A DNA stretch of 63,332 nucleotides, filler included, from Licmophora abbreviata (Eukaryota): the NCBI GenBank assembly GCA_900291995.1. It is 5 parts of 5 records of this genome, joined end to end, with 100 filler letters (N's around TTAATTAATTAA, not from the genome) between each part and the next. Parts side by side here need not be neighbours in the genome. Positions count along the whole stretch, not along the records: positions 34,187 to 55,073 come from OLMU01002631.1; positions 55,174 to 61,133 come from OLMU01002635.1; 3 more parts are not named here. One strand, given 5' to 3'. This document shows, one piece after another, positions 43,352-57,552 of this stretch. The notes under the pieces were generated by a model that saw only the letters and a list, made by a program, of their open reading frames with translations, was not told where the DNA came from and did not search any database. The translations under genes were made by a program, and so were the position numbers. Position 1 is the first letter of the stretch, and each line of letters starts with the position of its first letter.

Positions 43352-46300
43352 ATGGACGAGAAAGCCGCCAAGAAAGTCAAATTGGCGAGCAGCAATGACA
43401 AGGAAAACTCCTCCACTGATGCCGCGCCACTCATTGGCTACCAACAGTACAGGCACCGGTATCGAGACCCGATTCCAGATTTCGCGTCTATGCTTCGCAA
43501 CGGAGCCATAATGAATTCCGCCGACAAACGAGAAAGCTCCTCTTCCTCCTCCACGGCCGCTCGTTCCTATTCTTCTCATTTCGATACACGCAGTGAGCCC
43601 GACTCGCCGCTCCTACAACGAGGAGGTGGAAAACAGACCAAGGATATGCGTATTACTGAAGTCTTGGCTGCCAATTTACAGCGAACCCTCGCTATCAAAG
43701 AGGCCAGCGGTCCAAAGGAGCGTAAAATGGAAGGTGACATACCCACGCTTTGTCTGCACCGTTCATTCTTCGTCGAGGGAGTACGTATTGGTTGGCCATT
43801 TCCCGCCATCATGCCGCCACAGCGACAGGTAAATCTCTATCGTCGACAAAAACTACTATTACTCGTTCCACAATACTCCGACTTACGAAATTCATTTTCT
43901 CTCTTCCTTCCAGATGGCTCTGCATCTCGTCAAGGCACTCAAGAATCGTCGTCACGTCGTCTTGGAGTCTCCGACGGGTACTGGAAAGTCAGCCGCTATT
44001 CTCTGCTCGGTGTTGGCATGGCAGCGTTGGCACCAAAAGACGCAAGCTGGCAACAATCCATCGACTGCTACCAAGTCCAGCACTTCATCGACTCCCCGTA
44101 TTTTTTACTGCAGTCGTACACACAGTCAAGTTGCCCAGATGATTGCGTCTCTCCGTAAGACGCCCTATCGTCCCAAAATGGCAGTCTTGGGATCTCGCGA
44201 TCGCCTTTGTATTCACAAGGGAATCATCGATCGCACTCATCTTGCACACGATGCCGAACGAGCTCCTGGGCGTCCTGCTAACGTCAGCAACGAGTGTCGC
44301 TCGCGCGTCAACAATACGGAAAAGCAACGCAAGTATATGCTCAAGAATCCGCGCGCCTCTTACGACGATGAAAATCCTCCCGAGGACACGGAACGTGACA
44401 ATGCTGACGCTCCTCCGCCACTGCAACACGACGACCAAGACAGTGAATGGACTGAAGCGAAAAGATCTAGCAAACCTTGCTGTCCGCACTATCGCGAGCT
44501 CACCACAACCCGCGTAGCCGATCTGGCCAACGAGCAGTTTGTACCTCAGCCGCATGTCGTCAACTGTTGCCAGCAGGGTGGAGAATCGACAAAGATGGGA
44601 TCACACGACATTGAAGACCTCGTGCGATTCGGGATGGATCCTCACGTCCGCCGGGGTGTCGCCTTGTATCGCGATCCGCAAGTGGAGTCGTTTGGCATGA
44701 CGCTGGGGCAAATTCCTGGGAAAGCCGACGTCAGCATCAACAGCATCCAGCCCGGGGGTGCGGCTGCTCAAGAAGGCTCACTTAAGTCGATGGAAAGTCT
44801 TGTTCGAATTAATGGTTTAGACGTCGATGGGCAGACTATAACGCAGCTGGCTCAAGAAATCCGTCTTACAGAGGATCCACTGTTGCTCGATGTGACACAG
44901 GACATGGGGTTCGTGTCGGACGAGACAGGTTATTCGACTCATGCTGCATGTCCCTACTATCTTTCTCGCGCAATTTCCAAACAGGCAGAACTCGTGTTCG
45001 CCCCGTATAACTACGTTTTGGATCCATTCATTCGAAAGTCGCTCGATATCGACCTTTCTGGTACTGTCGTTGTTTTGGACGAAGCGCACAATGTGGAAGA
45101 TACGTTGCGTGACGGTGGCTCGGGAACGTACGGCGAGTTTGAACTCTGCGAGATCATTGTCATGCTGTGTCACTTCTCGGCCGCACAACGAGGAAAGAAC
45201 AATCTTGTTGAAGTCGAAAACGGTTCTTGTGAATGGGGCGTCGAGAAGAGAGACCTTTCGGATGTGGCACATGATCTCTTGGTGTTTGTGGAGAAGCTCG
45301 TGATCTCACTAATTGCTTCGAAGACTCGATTCGAAGGAAATCCAGGTGCGTTGCTGAATTTATTGAGGGTTGTAAGCGTTAGGAGGTCGTTCAACTTGTT
45401 CGAGTCTGACCAGGTCCCTCGGCTCGGCACAGGAGGCGGCGGTGCAAAGAAAGCTCTCGCCGACTGGGCTAAGTTCCACACTCCTGACGAAACGGAGTTT
45501 GAGATGACGTACGACGGGCCAACTGGCAATGGAGTACGGGGAAAAGCCATGGGGTGCCAAACATTCTTTGACAAACTTGGCTTGACACTGGGCCAGTCAG
45601 AGAATCTGCGAAAGAACGGTGAGGCTCTGGATTCACACATTCGGTCGAAAGAAACATACGAACAAGACAAGTTTTCAAACTCTCTTGACAGGATGAATGA
45701 ACTGATTGTTCGATTCTCATACGCGCTGGAACATCCAGAGTAAGTTCCGTCCTAGGGGGGATATTCGTCGATTTCGCCAATACGTCGAACTCACTCTTCT
45801 TGTGCGCTCATGTCTGCTGCAGAGACTACTACATCGCATCTGTTGCAAGAGCCAACGGCAACCTCGAGTACGCCGCTGGGATGTCTAGTGGGGGGCTGCG
45901 TCAACAACGCGACAGCGCTTTCAAGAGAAAACCTAAGCGTATGCCTTTGGTTCCACCCCGGACGGCCGAATGTCCGAATGCTCTGGCTGCACTGTGTCTG
46001 CACAAGGAGTGCCGACAGAACAGTAGTCCTCGCCTTGAAGAGGGTAGAAGGCACGGGGAGTACTGCAACGGCACCATTCCGCCATGGGAAGCCTGCCTAG
46101 TACTGAAGCTTCTTACTCCGGCTCGATTCATGAAAGATCTTGCAGAGCAGTGTCACACCGTTGTCCTTGCAAGCGGATCGCTGTCGCCAATCCCGTCCCT
46201 GTGCGGCGAGCTTGGTCTTCAGGACGACTCGACCGCAACGACAGCATCACCGAAACCAACATCAAAGACATCCTCCAACTCTATGGAATCGAAGAACATA

Positions 46301-47443
46301 GCTGCTCGGCTACAAACGCAACCCCGCCCGCTTGAGGCCTCGCATGTCATCGATCTAGAAAAGCAATTGCTTGCCATCTCGATTGGTGTGTTCCCAGACG
46401 GAAGTCCGCTTACGGTCAACTACCAGAGTTACTCCAAGCCCGACTTCATTCCGAAGCTTGGAGATGCCATTGCCTCGGTCATCGAATCTATCCCTACAGG
46501 CGGTGTACTAGTCTTCATGCCGAGCTATACCTTCTTGAAAAGATGCGTGAGGAGCTGGAACCCGTACGGCGCACGAGATGGGCGCTTTGGGTTTAACAAC
46601 TCAGCGCGATCTGACGCCTGGGAACGGATTGTACGCAGCAAAGGGAAAGTGATAGTTGAACCAACTGGAAGTCAAGTCAAGTTTGAAGAAGCGCGTGACG
46701 AGTATGGGACAGCAATTCGTGAGAAGGGCTGCTGCGTCTTGCTGGCTGTTTTCAGAGGCAAGATGAGTGAGGGCATTTCGTTTAACGATGCTCACGCCCG
46801 CGGAGTAATTTGTGTTGGTGTTCCTTTCCCGAACTCACACGACCGCACTGTGTCGGCCAAGATGAGCTACAACGATGAGCAGCGGCGTCTCCACCACCGA
46901 ACCGAGCTTCTTCCTGGAAGTGAGTGGTACTCTCAGCAAGCCTATAGAGCGATTGGGCAAGCGCTCGGTCGCTGCATACGCCATGCCGCCGACTTTGGAA
47001 CTGTGGTTCTGATGGACTCTCGACACTGCGATGACGGTGAACCTGTTGATGGAGTTTGCCATGCACATCGGCAACTCCCGAAATGGATGCGCATGCACGT
47101 CCGCAATCTCTCTAGAAGAAGCTTGGGTGATCCTTTCGAAAAGGCGATCCCTGGAGGTTGGAATGGGCTGAGGAGCGAAATGGGTCGTTTCTTTCAGCAC
47201 GCGCCCATTTATGCTGGTTCGGTCCTGAAAGAGCAGGAAGAAAATCTACGCCTGTCGAAGAAGCAGGATCAGATGTCCTCGCACCATTTCAATCGTAAGA
47301 GAGGTTGCTGGACTGCGGACGAGGGTCAAGATGGAAATTCGAATGTGCTTTCCGGTGCACAAGTAACTTCGACTGAAAGGTTAATCTCGCAAGCTGATTT
47401 TTCAACAATATCAGAAAAGGAAAATGGCGATGACTCCACCTAA
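43352..47443 (+). CDS. BRIP1: Rad3/XPD-family Fe-S DNA helicase, FANCJ/RTEL1-like; introns 43829-43913, probable 45346-45432, 45740-45822
   Basis: Q-motif WPF..MPPQ, LESPTGTGKS, YCSRTHSQ, LGSRDRLCIH, ACPYY, LDEAHN, LASGSLSP, FRGKMSEGISF, QALGRCIRH. FANCJ versus RTEL1 assignment is not certain. Confidence 0.85.
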
Positions 47444-47600
47444 GTGCTGTTTGCCTACAGCATCGATAGCCCGGATTGAACGCATGCAGTCAGAAAGGCT
47501 AGAGATGAAGATGAGAGGTAGAAGAAGAAACGAACCCAAGAACTCCGAACATGTCATTCATCCGACCAGCTGCGCGTTTATAAATTATTATTAAGGCCCA

Positions 47601-50600
47601 CTATGTCAAATCCATTGCTTCCGAGGGTGCTTCACGATCCGCAACTACCCTCGGAAAGGGCATCCTAAACCAAGTAAGAAACGCCCCGAACAAACCTTCG
47701 GCGTCTTTTGAGTTCCGTAGCTCACCAGATTTCATGTATATGAGAACGTCTTTCTCGTCCACGTTGCTGTCCGAGATAAAGCGCTCCACCCGTTCAGCAA
47801 ACAAAGCAGCGAGGTTAGGGCTAACCAATTGCGGGGTTGTGGCTTCGGAGCTCACAAATCGATGCCGCTCCTCGTAGTAGCTTTGAATGAGGCGAACGTC
47901 CCAGACGATCCTGGCTGAGGTCTTCACGCCATACTCCATGTCCTCAAGCGCACCGAGAAGCGACAAGAACATTGGCAAGCCTTCGACTCTGTCATGAGCT
48001 AGACAATCATCAAGAAGCCGCGCCACACAGTCGGGAAAGCAAGAACCATAATTTGAGTCAGGGTGGCGCCACCCAGATAAGCCTGGGTCGCATAGATACT
48101 GGGCGTAAGCGACTATTGTCGAGTCTTCCGCGAACGCTTTTGCCAAATCCACCGCCGACATACCGCTACCCTTTCTCATCCGCAGAGGCCTCGTTCGACG
48201 GCATTCGGTGTTTTGCGAGGGGGCGAGGCCGCCGCCACGCTTTTTTACGAAGAATATCCTTCCCGAACTACCACCATTCAAGTCGAGCGATAGAGGATAG
48301 TACTGGTCTGACACAACGCGCAGCTGTCGAGCAACTGAACTGGTATTCAGAAGCAAACCCGGGACTGTCAGGCTCTGGGGAGCGATTTCCTGATCCTCAA
48401 AATAAATCTGAGTCAACAAAAGGAGGCACAGTACCTAGAACATTGAGCACCTGATCTTTAAAAAGTAAATTGAAAAAGACAATCCAACTTACCTCGACAG
48501 GGAGAACCGCAGCTTTGCCGGTATCAGCGTCGACTGCTTCGACAACACGGTGTTTCACAGCAAGTGCGTAGCAATGACGAAGAGCCTGTAGATGGTACTG
48601 GTTATCCGTAGTTTTCGAGGGGAAGCGAGGAAATAAGGACATGATCAGAAACGCGATGTCTTCTGCTTCCCTGCCCACGGTGCATGTGCCGCCACCTAAA
48701 AACAGAAGCCCGATTGCCGCACCATAAGCCATGTGATCCCCGTGTCTAACAGTTTCGTCGCATCTCCAGCGAATCATCTTTAAAACGCGGAGCGCTTCGA
48801 GATCGCCTGTACCTGCATTAACGAGTCCAAGACCAAGCGAGGCGCAACCCAGACACATTCCGAGAGTCGATTGTTCCGGCTTGAGAGCAGTCGATACAGG
48901 GTCAACTTCGTCACGAAGCGTTCGGAGCTCAATCAATCGTCTGATGATCGTCCTCGACGCAATTGTGTCACCTGTTCCCGCATAGCGTAGACCAATGGAG
49001 AAGCACGCGCCCGCAACGGTGTATGCATACATCTGACGCACTGCTTTTTTATCAACGTCTGGTCCGAACTGGGAAGCCAGCCTCCCTGCTTTGCTCTCGG
49101 GGTCGACTGGCGTTGTCGCTGAGTCGAGGTTCGCATAGTCGCGGATTTTTTCGGCAGTCCTCCGCATATTGCCGTATACGTTCGTCACAACTGGAGGTAA
49201 TTGGTCTTCAGTCCATTCGAAGGACGAACTGACGTCATCCCAGAGTATCATAGACTTCGCCACCACTCGGAGAAGGAGCAGATCCGGTCGCACGTTCTCA
49301 AGCAAGAAATGGGTATCCGGGAGGGATACGCTAGACGCTACCGCCTGGTTTCTGCGTGAGTTAGACAAAATCGTTGACGCGGGTCAGCCGATGCAGTGAA
49401 GTGGAATATCTCTTTAGACGCACCAGTAGAAATCAACTCACCCTGACTTCAGGTACATCAGAGCCAATGCGAGTATCGCAGCTGGCGCGGTAACATCTAC
49501 ATTGATCGCGTTTCCTTCAAACACACGCGAGCAACGTTCCATCTCACCGGTGCCAATACCTGGACCATTGGCTCGATCCGCCGCCTCCTGTCGACGACCG
49601 TATTCGGAGAAATCCACTCCACCGACGACGAAACGGTGCAATCTCGACTCCAGGTCTAAGTCCGATAAACCGGCACCGACACCGTCACCCACATGATCAA
49701 TCGAAGTGCCTCGTTTGCCCTTGGCAAGATTGACCATGCCTAAGGCTATTCCACAAGAGAGCGTGTAGGCCTCTCTGTCACCTGGATCAATCTCACTTTC
49801 TGGTCGTCTCCCTATTTCTTCCAGAAGGAACTCTGTCATCATTCTGTGCGATGAACCGAGGTAGAGTAAACCTATTCCCGACACAGCCGCAGTCTGCGCT
49901 GGTTTGGAAACATCATAGGATGCAAAACTCTGAGGGAAGAGAGATGGAATATGAAGGCAGAGCATTTTCGTCACCGATGTGTCACAAGTACCCCGCTTCT
50001 CCGCCGCCAGGCCCAGGAGCATGCCCACTGTCGTCGTCGCGTTGTTGTCAGTTGTCAAGTAATCATAGATATCCGTCAGCGCCAACCTAGACAAATGACC
50101 CCGAAGCCCCAACGCCATGAGGAGTCCGCCGAATGCATGAGATGGCTGTCGATCCGTGTCTCCAGCGTCAGCGTTTCCTTGTGTTGTAGTCCCTTCTGAT
50201 GGAGAAGCCTCTTGGCCCGACGACCTGTTGTATGCAATCCAGGTTCGGGTGATCTGGCCAATTGTACCAAAGACTCTTTCGTTGTAGCTCGGAAGGCGAA
50301 GTCCAGCAGCGACGGCGTTATGAAACTCCGGCCATACTTTGAATTCTGTAGGACAGTTCGATGAATCGACAGCAACAGTTGCATCATGTGGAGGGAATCG
50401 ACCCGACAAGGATAGCTCGGGAAGCGGCAGTGGCTCGGCAGGTACAGGCTTGAGCGATCCAAATGTCAGCATTCCACGACCGAGAGGGAGTGCAAGTGTT
50501 CGACGGACCAGTAGGAGTAGCTCTTCCTGTTTGAGACGTTCGTAGTCATGATCAGAAACCTCCACAGCTCGCGGAACTTTCAAGAATACTGGCCGCGACG

Positions 50601-53600
50601 ACCTCAGTAGTCTTCCGACTTCATGCATTCGATTGTCTTTCGGGAAGAGCAAGGAGGAAGACGTTTCCGCAGGCACGAGTCCATCGCTATCCTTATCCTC
50701 GGCGGCGGACAACAATGATCCGATAAGAGTACCGTCCATCGGCTGCTTGTCCAGATCTTGCCGGTCGATCAGCGACCACGCATTCCGAGACCACGAAGAT
50801 TGAGAATTTTTAATGGCCGGTTCTTCTCTGCAACGATGCAGCACCTCAAGCAAGGGGATACAAAGTCCAATCGGAAGTTCGTTGCAAAGATCTGCGGTCG
50901 TTTCTATGCCTTCCTGAACTAGAATGTCGACGACAGCCCTGTCCTTTTCGATCTGGCTCTTGTTTGCGATGGAAGAAAACAGCACAGAGAATGACCTATG
51001 CAGCGCCCGGATCATTTTGCACGAAGCATTGAGATCCGATGATTTTACTCCTGCGAAAAAGCTATGAGTGCCAGTGTCGCTGTCGCTGTGCTTCATTAGC
51101 ATATCAACCCAAGACCTGAAGCACGGAGGGCTCACAAACGATGTCAGGGCGGAGCGAAAGTCTACGTCGCGACGACTTGCCAGGTCCATCGCTGCTACCA
51201 CATCCTTCGCGTTGTCGACCCTTTTGATACCGATGTCACGTCTGTAATGATCAAGGAAATCTCTCATGTTTGGAAGACTATCCTTGTCCGCTATGGAGCT
51301 GCATGCAATCGCTCCGTCGATCTGGAAGCAAATTTCAACAAGAAGAATCCCAATTCTATCCAGCCATGATTCAGTCATCGAGCGCCGAGAGAGTTTCGAT
51401 TCCTCGTACAAGAGATGAAGCGAATCAAATATCAGAGAAGATAACGGAGTAAACGCCTCTCCGGGCCTCGCTCCGTTTACTGTGCTTCTGAGTGGAAGTG
51501 ATTCGGGCTCAAGAGTCGTGAGTAGTCCAGACGCCCATTCAGAATTCCGGCAACACGGCAGTACATTCCTGTTGTGGAAGGGTTTCAGATACATGTTGTC
51601 TTCGTTTCCGGCGAGGAAGCTGCGGTGATATTCGGATTGCAACAGTGCTGACCAGGCGCCATCGCCGTGAAAGCTCTTCGTAGAGATTTCACTAAAAGAG
51701 CTTCGCTTACCGAACAACTCAAGCTGAATGGTCGCGGACAGGATAGCAACAAGCCCTTCCCAGCTCACGCTCTCGGCGTGAGACTGGTCACCGTACGCAA
51801 CCATTTCCTGTACGAGTCGCGCGCAATCGGCACGCAGCTTCAGCACGCGTTCAATCGTACCAGTTTTCGTTTCATGCGGTCCGAGCACTGATGCATCAAT
51901 AGCGGCGAGAGCTGCATCCGTCAGAGGGTCATCGGGGAACTGGAGACTCAGGCTCGTGCGAACGCACGCCTGTTCACCGGTCGCTTCAACAATGACGTCC
52001 ACACGATCGCGGACAGGATTAGCTATATCCAGAACTTTCACTCCAACAGAATCGTTGATCCCCCATCGAAAAGCGCATTCCACCACAGGCACGGTTTCGC
52101 GATAGAGAACAAGTTGTGTACGGTCATCTCCAGCGGGGCACCGAGTAAGAACCAGGATATCTGTGGCATTCAGCTGAGATAAGATTCTTCGCTTTTGACG
52201 AGAGGGAAGCGGGAGGAAGCATGTTGGGATCGGGGTCGACTGTAAAGGCTTTGCAGACATGCAGTGAACCGTATCGCAGATCGCAGCGGTCAAGCGATGG
52301 CCGTCCGTGCGACCAAGGCGGGATGAGCTCCTCATTGACCCCGCTGGTGACTCCACTCGCCTTGGGCAAAGGGACAGCCATCGGAGTAGCATCGGATTTG
52401 CTGCGTCACCTGAAGGGGACAAAAGGCACAATGACAATGTCCCTGAACCGGCCCTATCCGACGCGAGGAACGCATCAATCGCTTCCGCTCCAGTACACTC
52501 GCGTAAGTCCTCCTCGTAGATAAGTCTCCGAGAAAGCAAGGTGTGCAAAGTTGAAAACTTCGTATAATGCCTCGACTCTGCAACTTTGGTCGTTCGAGAA
52601 GCGTCGGCTAGCGATCCATCCACAATCGTCGAGCTCAGGTCGTTCTTTTCGGATTCCTTCTCAGAAAGGCTTGCTCTCGACTTCTTGGAGCCCGGAGGGG
52701 GCGTCAGGTACGACGATGGCGCCACTCCACTGAGACGAGACCTGCGACGGCCAGTATTTCCAGCGTCTTCTTTCTTTCGCGAAGACGTTCGTACCCCCAG
52801 GGCATCGGCCAGCGCCTCATTGCGGCTCGCCTCGGCGTGTCGGGCCGTTTCAGAGTCAATCACTCCCAGAAGCTCGAGGTCGTCGTGGTCAACAATGTGA
52901 GGGTCGTGCATAAGGCCAAGCGTATCGTCCCACTCACCCCGCTTCCTCTGTTTTTCACTTATCTTCCAAAGCGGTAGAGTAAGAGGCGGAGGAGGCGCCT
53001 CCTCGAGTGCCCATACCGCATGCCTGTTTTTGAGTGGACGTGAGCGTGCCGACCACCAACTGTAAGTGCTGAAGGAGCAAGTCCTCAGAATGAAAAAAAT
53101 AACTCCCCATGAAGCACTTACCGTTTGAGTTGCGTATGAAACGTAACGCATATTGTTTGCGCGTATTCCAGCTTTTCTTGTGGAACATCCTCTCGGTCTG
53201 TCCACTTCGCAGTCCCAACGAAGATAAGTTTCTCGTGGGCGTCGGATAATATGTTTGGAGACAGGCCCCGTCGCGAGACAGACACTGGCAGCGCCTCCTC
53301 GAGTGGGTGATGCAAGGAATAACATGATGCGATTGGCGCTGGCAGCGAAGCGAGCTGCGGCGACGGGGGTTCAATTATGTCCACCGACGACGGTGAAGTC
53401 ATTTTGGTGCCGAGTCGGACAGGCTTCGGTGGGTTTGTCAAGACAAAATCATCATCGTCATCGTCTTGAGAAGAACTTTGCATAAACCAGTTGGAGTGCT
53501 TGGCTGCTTCATACTGCAGAATATCTTCGACGGTTTCCTGGCGCTGCAGCAGCACTCCATTCCCTTCTCCAAGTGGAAAGACGGCGCGTGCCTCGAATGG

Positions 53601-54098
53601 GAGTGCGACCGAGTGACCTTCGCCTCCACCGAACGACTCAGTCTGCCCTTCCTCATTTTCAGGGTACACGTCCCAGAAATTTAAGACTTCAGGACTCGAC
53701 AGGAAGAAAAGCATCTTGTGATGAGGTCTGTCAGGAAAGGCCGCCCAGCAAAGAACGGGGTCGTTTGCGTTGCCTTTCGCACTTCCGCTTTCTCCATTTT
53801 CGGTCGCAGCTTCGTCTGGAATACGAAATGACCCGTGCAAGACGCCCTCTGGGATTCCCCGGACTGCTATGTGCCTCCACAGTACTCTCTCATCCTCGAC
53901 AAATTCCTCGAGACAAGTCTCAATTTCCCCGTAAGTCGAATCTGCCAAATTTGGAGACGAGCAGACAAGGCGTTTTCGCGTTCTGTAGTATCGTTCGGCG
54001 GGTTTTTTGGTATCAGACGTTTTTGCCGTCTCGGATAGGGGGGTAATCCATAGGGGAGGTCCGATAGATCCCCCAGGCTCTGCCGTTTTATCCGTCAT
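47601..54098 (-). CDS. ANAPC1: Anaphase-promoting complex subunit 1, 4 exons: 54098-53122, 53059-49442, 49351-48493, 48407-47601
   Basis: WPEFHNAVAAGL, GGLLMALGLRGHL, KMLCLHIP, GIGLLYLGSSHRMMTEFLL.EIGR, NVDVTAPAA..AL.LMYL, DNQYHLQALRH (PC repeats). Confidence 0.93.
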
Positions 54099-54640
54099 TG
54101 TACCGACGACGAGGTTAGCCTCTCAATCTGAAATCTGGACTCTTGGTTTTTGTCGTCGAGACTGAGAGCAAAAAATGAAGATGACGTGTCTCCGACAGCT
54201 TCGACTACTACGACTAATAGAACAGACACACTTCTTGCTTGAACGCCACCTGCAGACGTGTCCGCAGATCACAGACGCACGAGAGGTCAGCTGGTCGTTG
54301 AAGTCGGATATCGGTGCGACATAGTGACGTACTAAATGGACTGGCCCAGAATAAGCTTCTTCGTCAAAGAGGACATTTTATGACACTTTCTGCATTATGG
54401 TGACGTTATAGTACTTAAGGGTAGTCCAGTAGCATGTGCCCGGGTTAGGGCAAGCCAGCTTGAAATGAATTCTTGCGCTCACAAAGTCAATACCACGCAA
54501 ACCGAAAAAGCGAAGGCGCTGTTTCAGTACCACTCTTTCCCGACGCGACGCAACATGGACGATTACGGCGAAAACCGAGAGCCTCATACAGTACCAATCA
54601 TCACAGACTAGCCTGACGTCTCCAAGTTGCCGTATACGTC

Positions 54641-56781
54641 ATGAGTGGCTCTCCCCCCGGAGACCACTCGAAACGAGACGCAGTTCCAGGCAAAAAGCGC
54701 ACGATTGCTCAAGTAACCAATTCGGACCTTGACGCGGGCGACAGCTCCGACCCTTCGAGTCTAGATGCATCGTCTCGAGGGAAGGAATACGCCGGGGGAT
54801 CTTATGGGCAAGACTCACTGGCCAGGAAACGCCCCATGTTGGAAGACCCGACAAGCTCACTTGGTGGCCCCGTCACCGCAGGAGTCGTCGGCCTGTCGTA
54901 CGCCAACAAGACACGGAGCGACGAAGTCGAGGAGCATAGGGAAGCCTCTACGGACGTGGGAACAGAAACCGAGGATGTCTCGTCTGCACGAACCGATGAT
55001 GGCGGCTCGAGCTCACATCAAGGCGTCGAAGTCTCATCTTTTGGGACTGCCATGCCCTTTGCTACCGGTGGTCNNNNNNNNNNNNNNNNNNNNNNNNNNN
55101 NNNNNNNNNNNNNNNNNTTAATTAATTAANNNNNNNNNNNNNNNNNNNNNNNNNNNNNNNNNNNNNNNNNNNNCAGGATCGCAGGTCGCAGTTTCAAGTT
55201 GATGAACGCCGACGACGATGGGATCATTGACGGACACGGAAGCCTCACTACAGACTTGCTTGCGATCCAATATTGACATTCAAGCCAAAATCGCGTGTGA
55301 GCTACGGTCGGTGGCGCAAAAGAAGGCTGAAAACAGACGCATGGCGACGCGCATCAATCAAGTCCTGGAAAGTACGTGGGACCAACTAGATGTGCTGACA
55401 ACTCCTCCTCCGGTGCCACTGCCCACTCCGCCATCTCCCACCGAGAACCGCTTATCCATAGTAGACGAAAAATTGCTTCAGAAACGTCGCTTCTCGCAGT
55501 GGCAGTCCAGGTGGCAATATGATCCATACCGCAAATGGAATCGAAGATTCTTTGTCGACCCAGTCGGTTCTATTCCCGAGCCCAATCGGGATACTTCCAA
55601 GAGACGCAAACTCGAAGAAAACCGATTTTTTCATCACAATTCCCCTCCTTGGTCTAGAAAAGAACTTAAACAATTGACAACGATTGTCGATCAACTCAAG
55701 ACGGACAACCAAGCGCCTTCAACCGACGTCACCAACATTGACTTTTACAGGGTAGCAAATCTATTGTCATCACGCACAGACAGTGCAAATGACCATGGTC
55801 GGCAAAGATCAACGCTTCCTTCCAGAAATCCTCTCGAATGCCGTCTTTGCTATCTCGATTCGCTCCCTACCAAGCCATTTACCAAACAAGACTCCTTGCA
55901 GATTGTCGAACATGTACACATGCATGACGAACCCTCGTGGCCTGATATTTGTCAGGGCCGAACGGGATGGCAATCCTTGGTCACCTATCAAACGAAACTG
56001 GTGCCCCCAAAGACAACATCGTGGACTGCAGCAGAGGATGAGCTCTTGCTCAAGTACGCTGCTGCCATGGGACCTCAGTTTGTACTTGATCGGGCAGCCG
56101 CCGCCGACATGGCCTCTCGTATGCTGCCCCATCGCACGCCCAAACAGATACTCGCTCGTGCCAATGCATCCCTTGTCAATCCAAATCTTGTGCGTGACCT
56201 ATGGACTGACGACGAAGAGCGGCGACTCCTTCTCTGTATGAGACTCTACCGTGATGCTCCGTCCTCGTTGGTCCAGTCATCGGTGTGTCGTGTCGATTGT
56301 TCTTGTTGAATGGGTTGATATTGAATATATTGTGCTCAATCTTTGTCTCGTTATTTATGTATAGAACCATTTTTCGAATAGGGCGTCGAGTTCAGTATCG
56401 CAGAAGTGGAACCGATCTCTGAGTCCCGAGTACTCGATGCGGCCCTTTTCCAAGGAAGAGGACAAGAAATTGTTGGAGGCACTCAACTCATCCAGTGACG
56501 CTCGATGGATACATGTCGCGTCACAATTCTCGAGTCGACATCCACAGACGCTACACAAGCGATGGAGGGAGTTGGCGAGTCAGGATGATGTCGTCAGACG
56601 TTACCGACGCAGTCTCAAGTCGCAGTCCAAGGGGAGGGGCTGTAATGCTGCATTGAGCCCAGACGACTTTGTCATTCGAGTGAAATATCCGGGAAACGAA
56701 CATGGAAAATATGATACTCGTGAGCAAGAACATGAGGATGCAGCTGACAATAAGGCGATTGTCACTTCGGTGTCACTGTAA
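54641..56781 (+). CDS. Multi-repeat Myb protein (SNAPC4/SNAP190-like), spans the gap; intron 56283-56364
   Basis: Repeats WSRKE.., FTKQD.., WTAAEDELLL, WTDDEERRLL, FSKEEDKKLL..WIHVA..R..KRW preceded by a coiled-coil segment. Confidence 0.7.
55074..55173. other. Assembly gap spacer
   Basis: N44-TTAATTAATTAA-N44. Confidence 0.97.
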
Positions 56782-57552
56782 TGCTTTTTCTGGTAGGGTA
56801 TGCCTATGTCTGCGACGACCAACCATTTAGCGGCCATCTATGTAAATGCTTTCACCACAATATATCTACTCATAATATGATACATTTTGTAGCGATCTTA
56901 CATGGATCGTTTCCATTGCGGTTGACGACCCTGCCGCATTGGTAGCCGCGTGATCAACCACGAGACGGTGCTCGTGGTCAATTGGATCGGTATGTTTGGT
57001 GTCCGCTTGTAGGGGAGGCTCAACAGAGGTGATGGTATAACTGAAGGGATCAACTCGCGAGGACTCGAAATGGGGGTTTGAAGGCCATCGGTTCTTTTGC
57101 CAGTGTCAAGGGGCTTATCCGCACTCTTTCAGCCTTCGTGAAGCCAGAACGACAAACAAGCTGCATTCTTGAGGTCAATCATCAGCTCAACCTCGACGTC
57201 GTGTCGCTGTGGAGGTCTGCGTGGTACAGTCGCATCATCCAGATATTTCTTCGATTCGTTCGTTTCTACAGTCTGTTACAATTCTTTCGCTACGTGCTAA
57301 GATTCCTTTGCACGGTAAAAGTGTTTCTCTTTCGGTAGAATATGAGAGCGCACTACGTCACGAGGGACAATCACGTTGCAAAGGGAAGCAACGCCCATTT
57401 TTGGCTCGAGGCTGATATTGCTTCCCTGTGAGTGGTGTCTTGATTAAACCCTCCTTCAGGGCGCAGGGCTCTTGTTTTGCTCGCATTCTACTGAGCCCAT
57501 ACGAAACCTCTAGCGTATTGTGACACGTTGAGCTCGGGCCGGCAGAGTCTTG

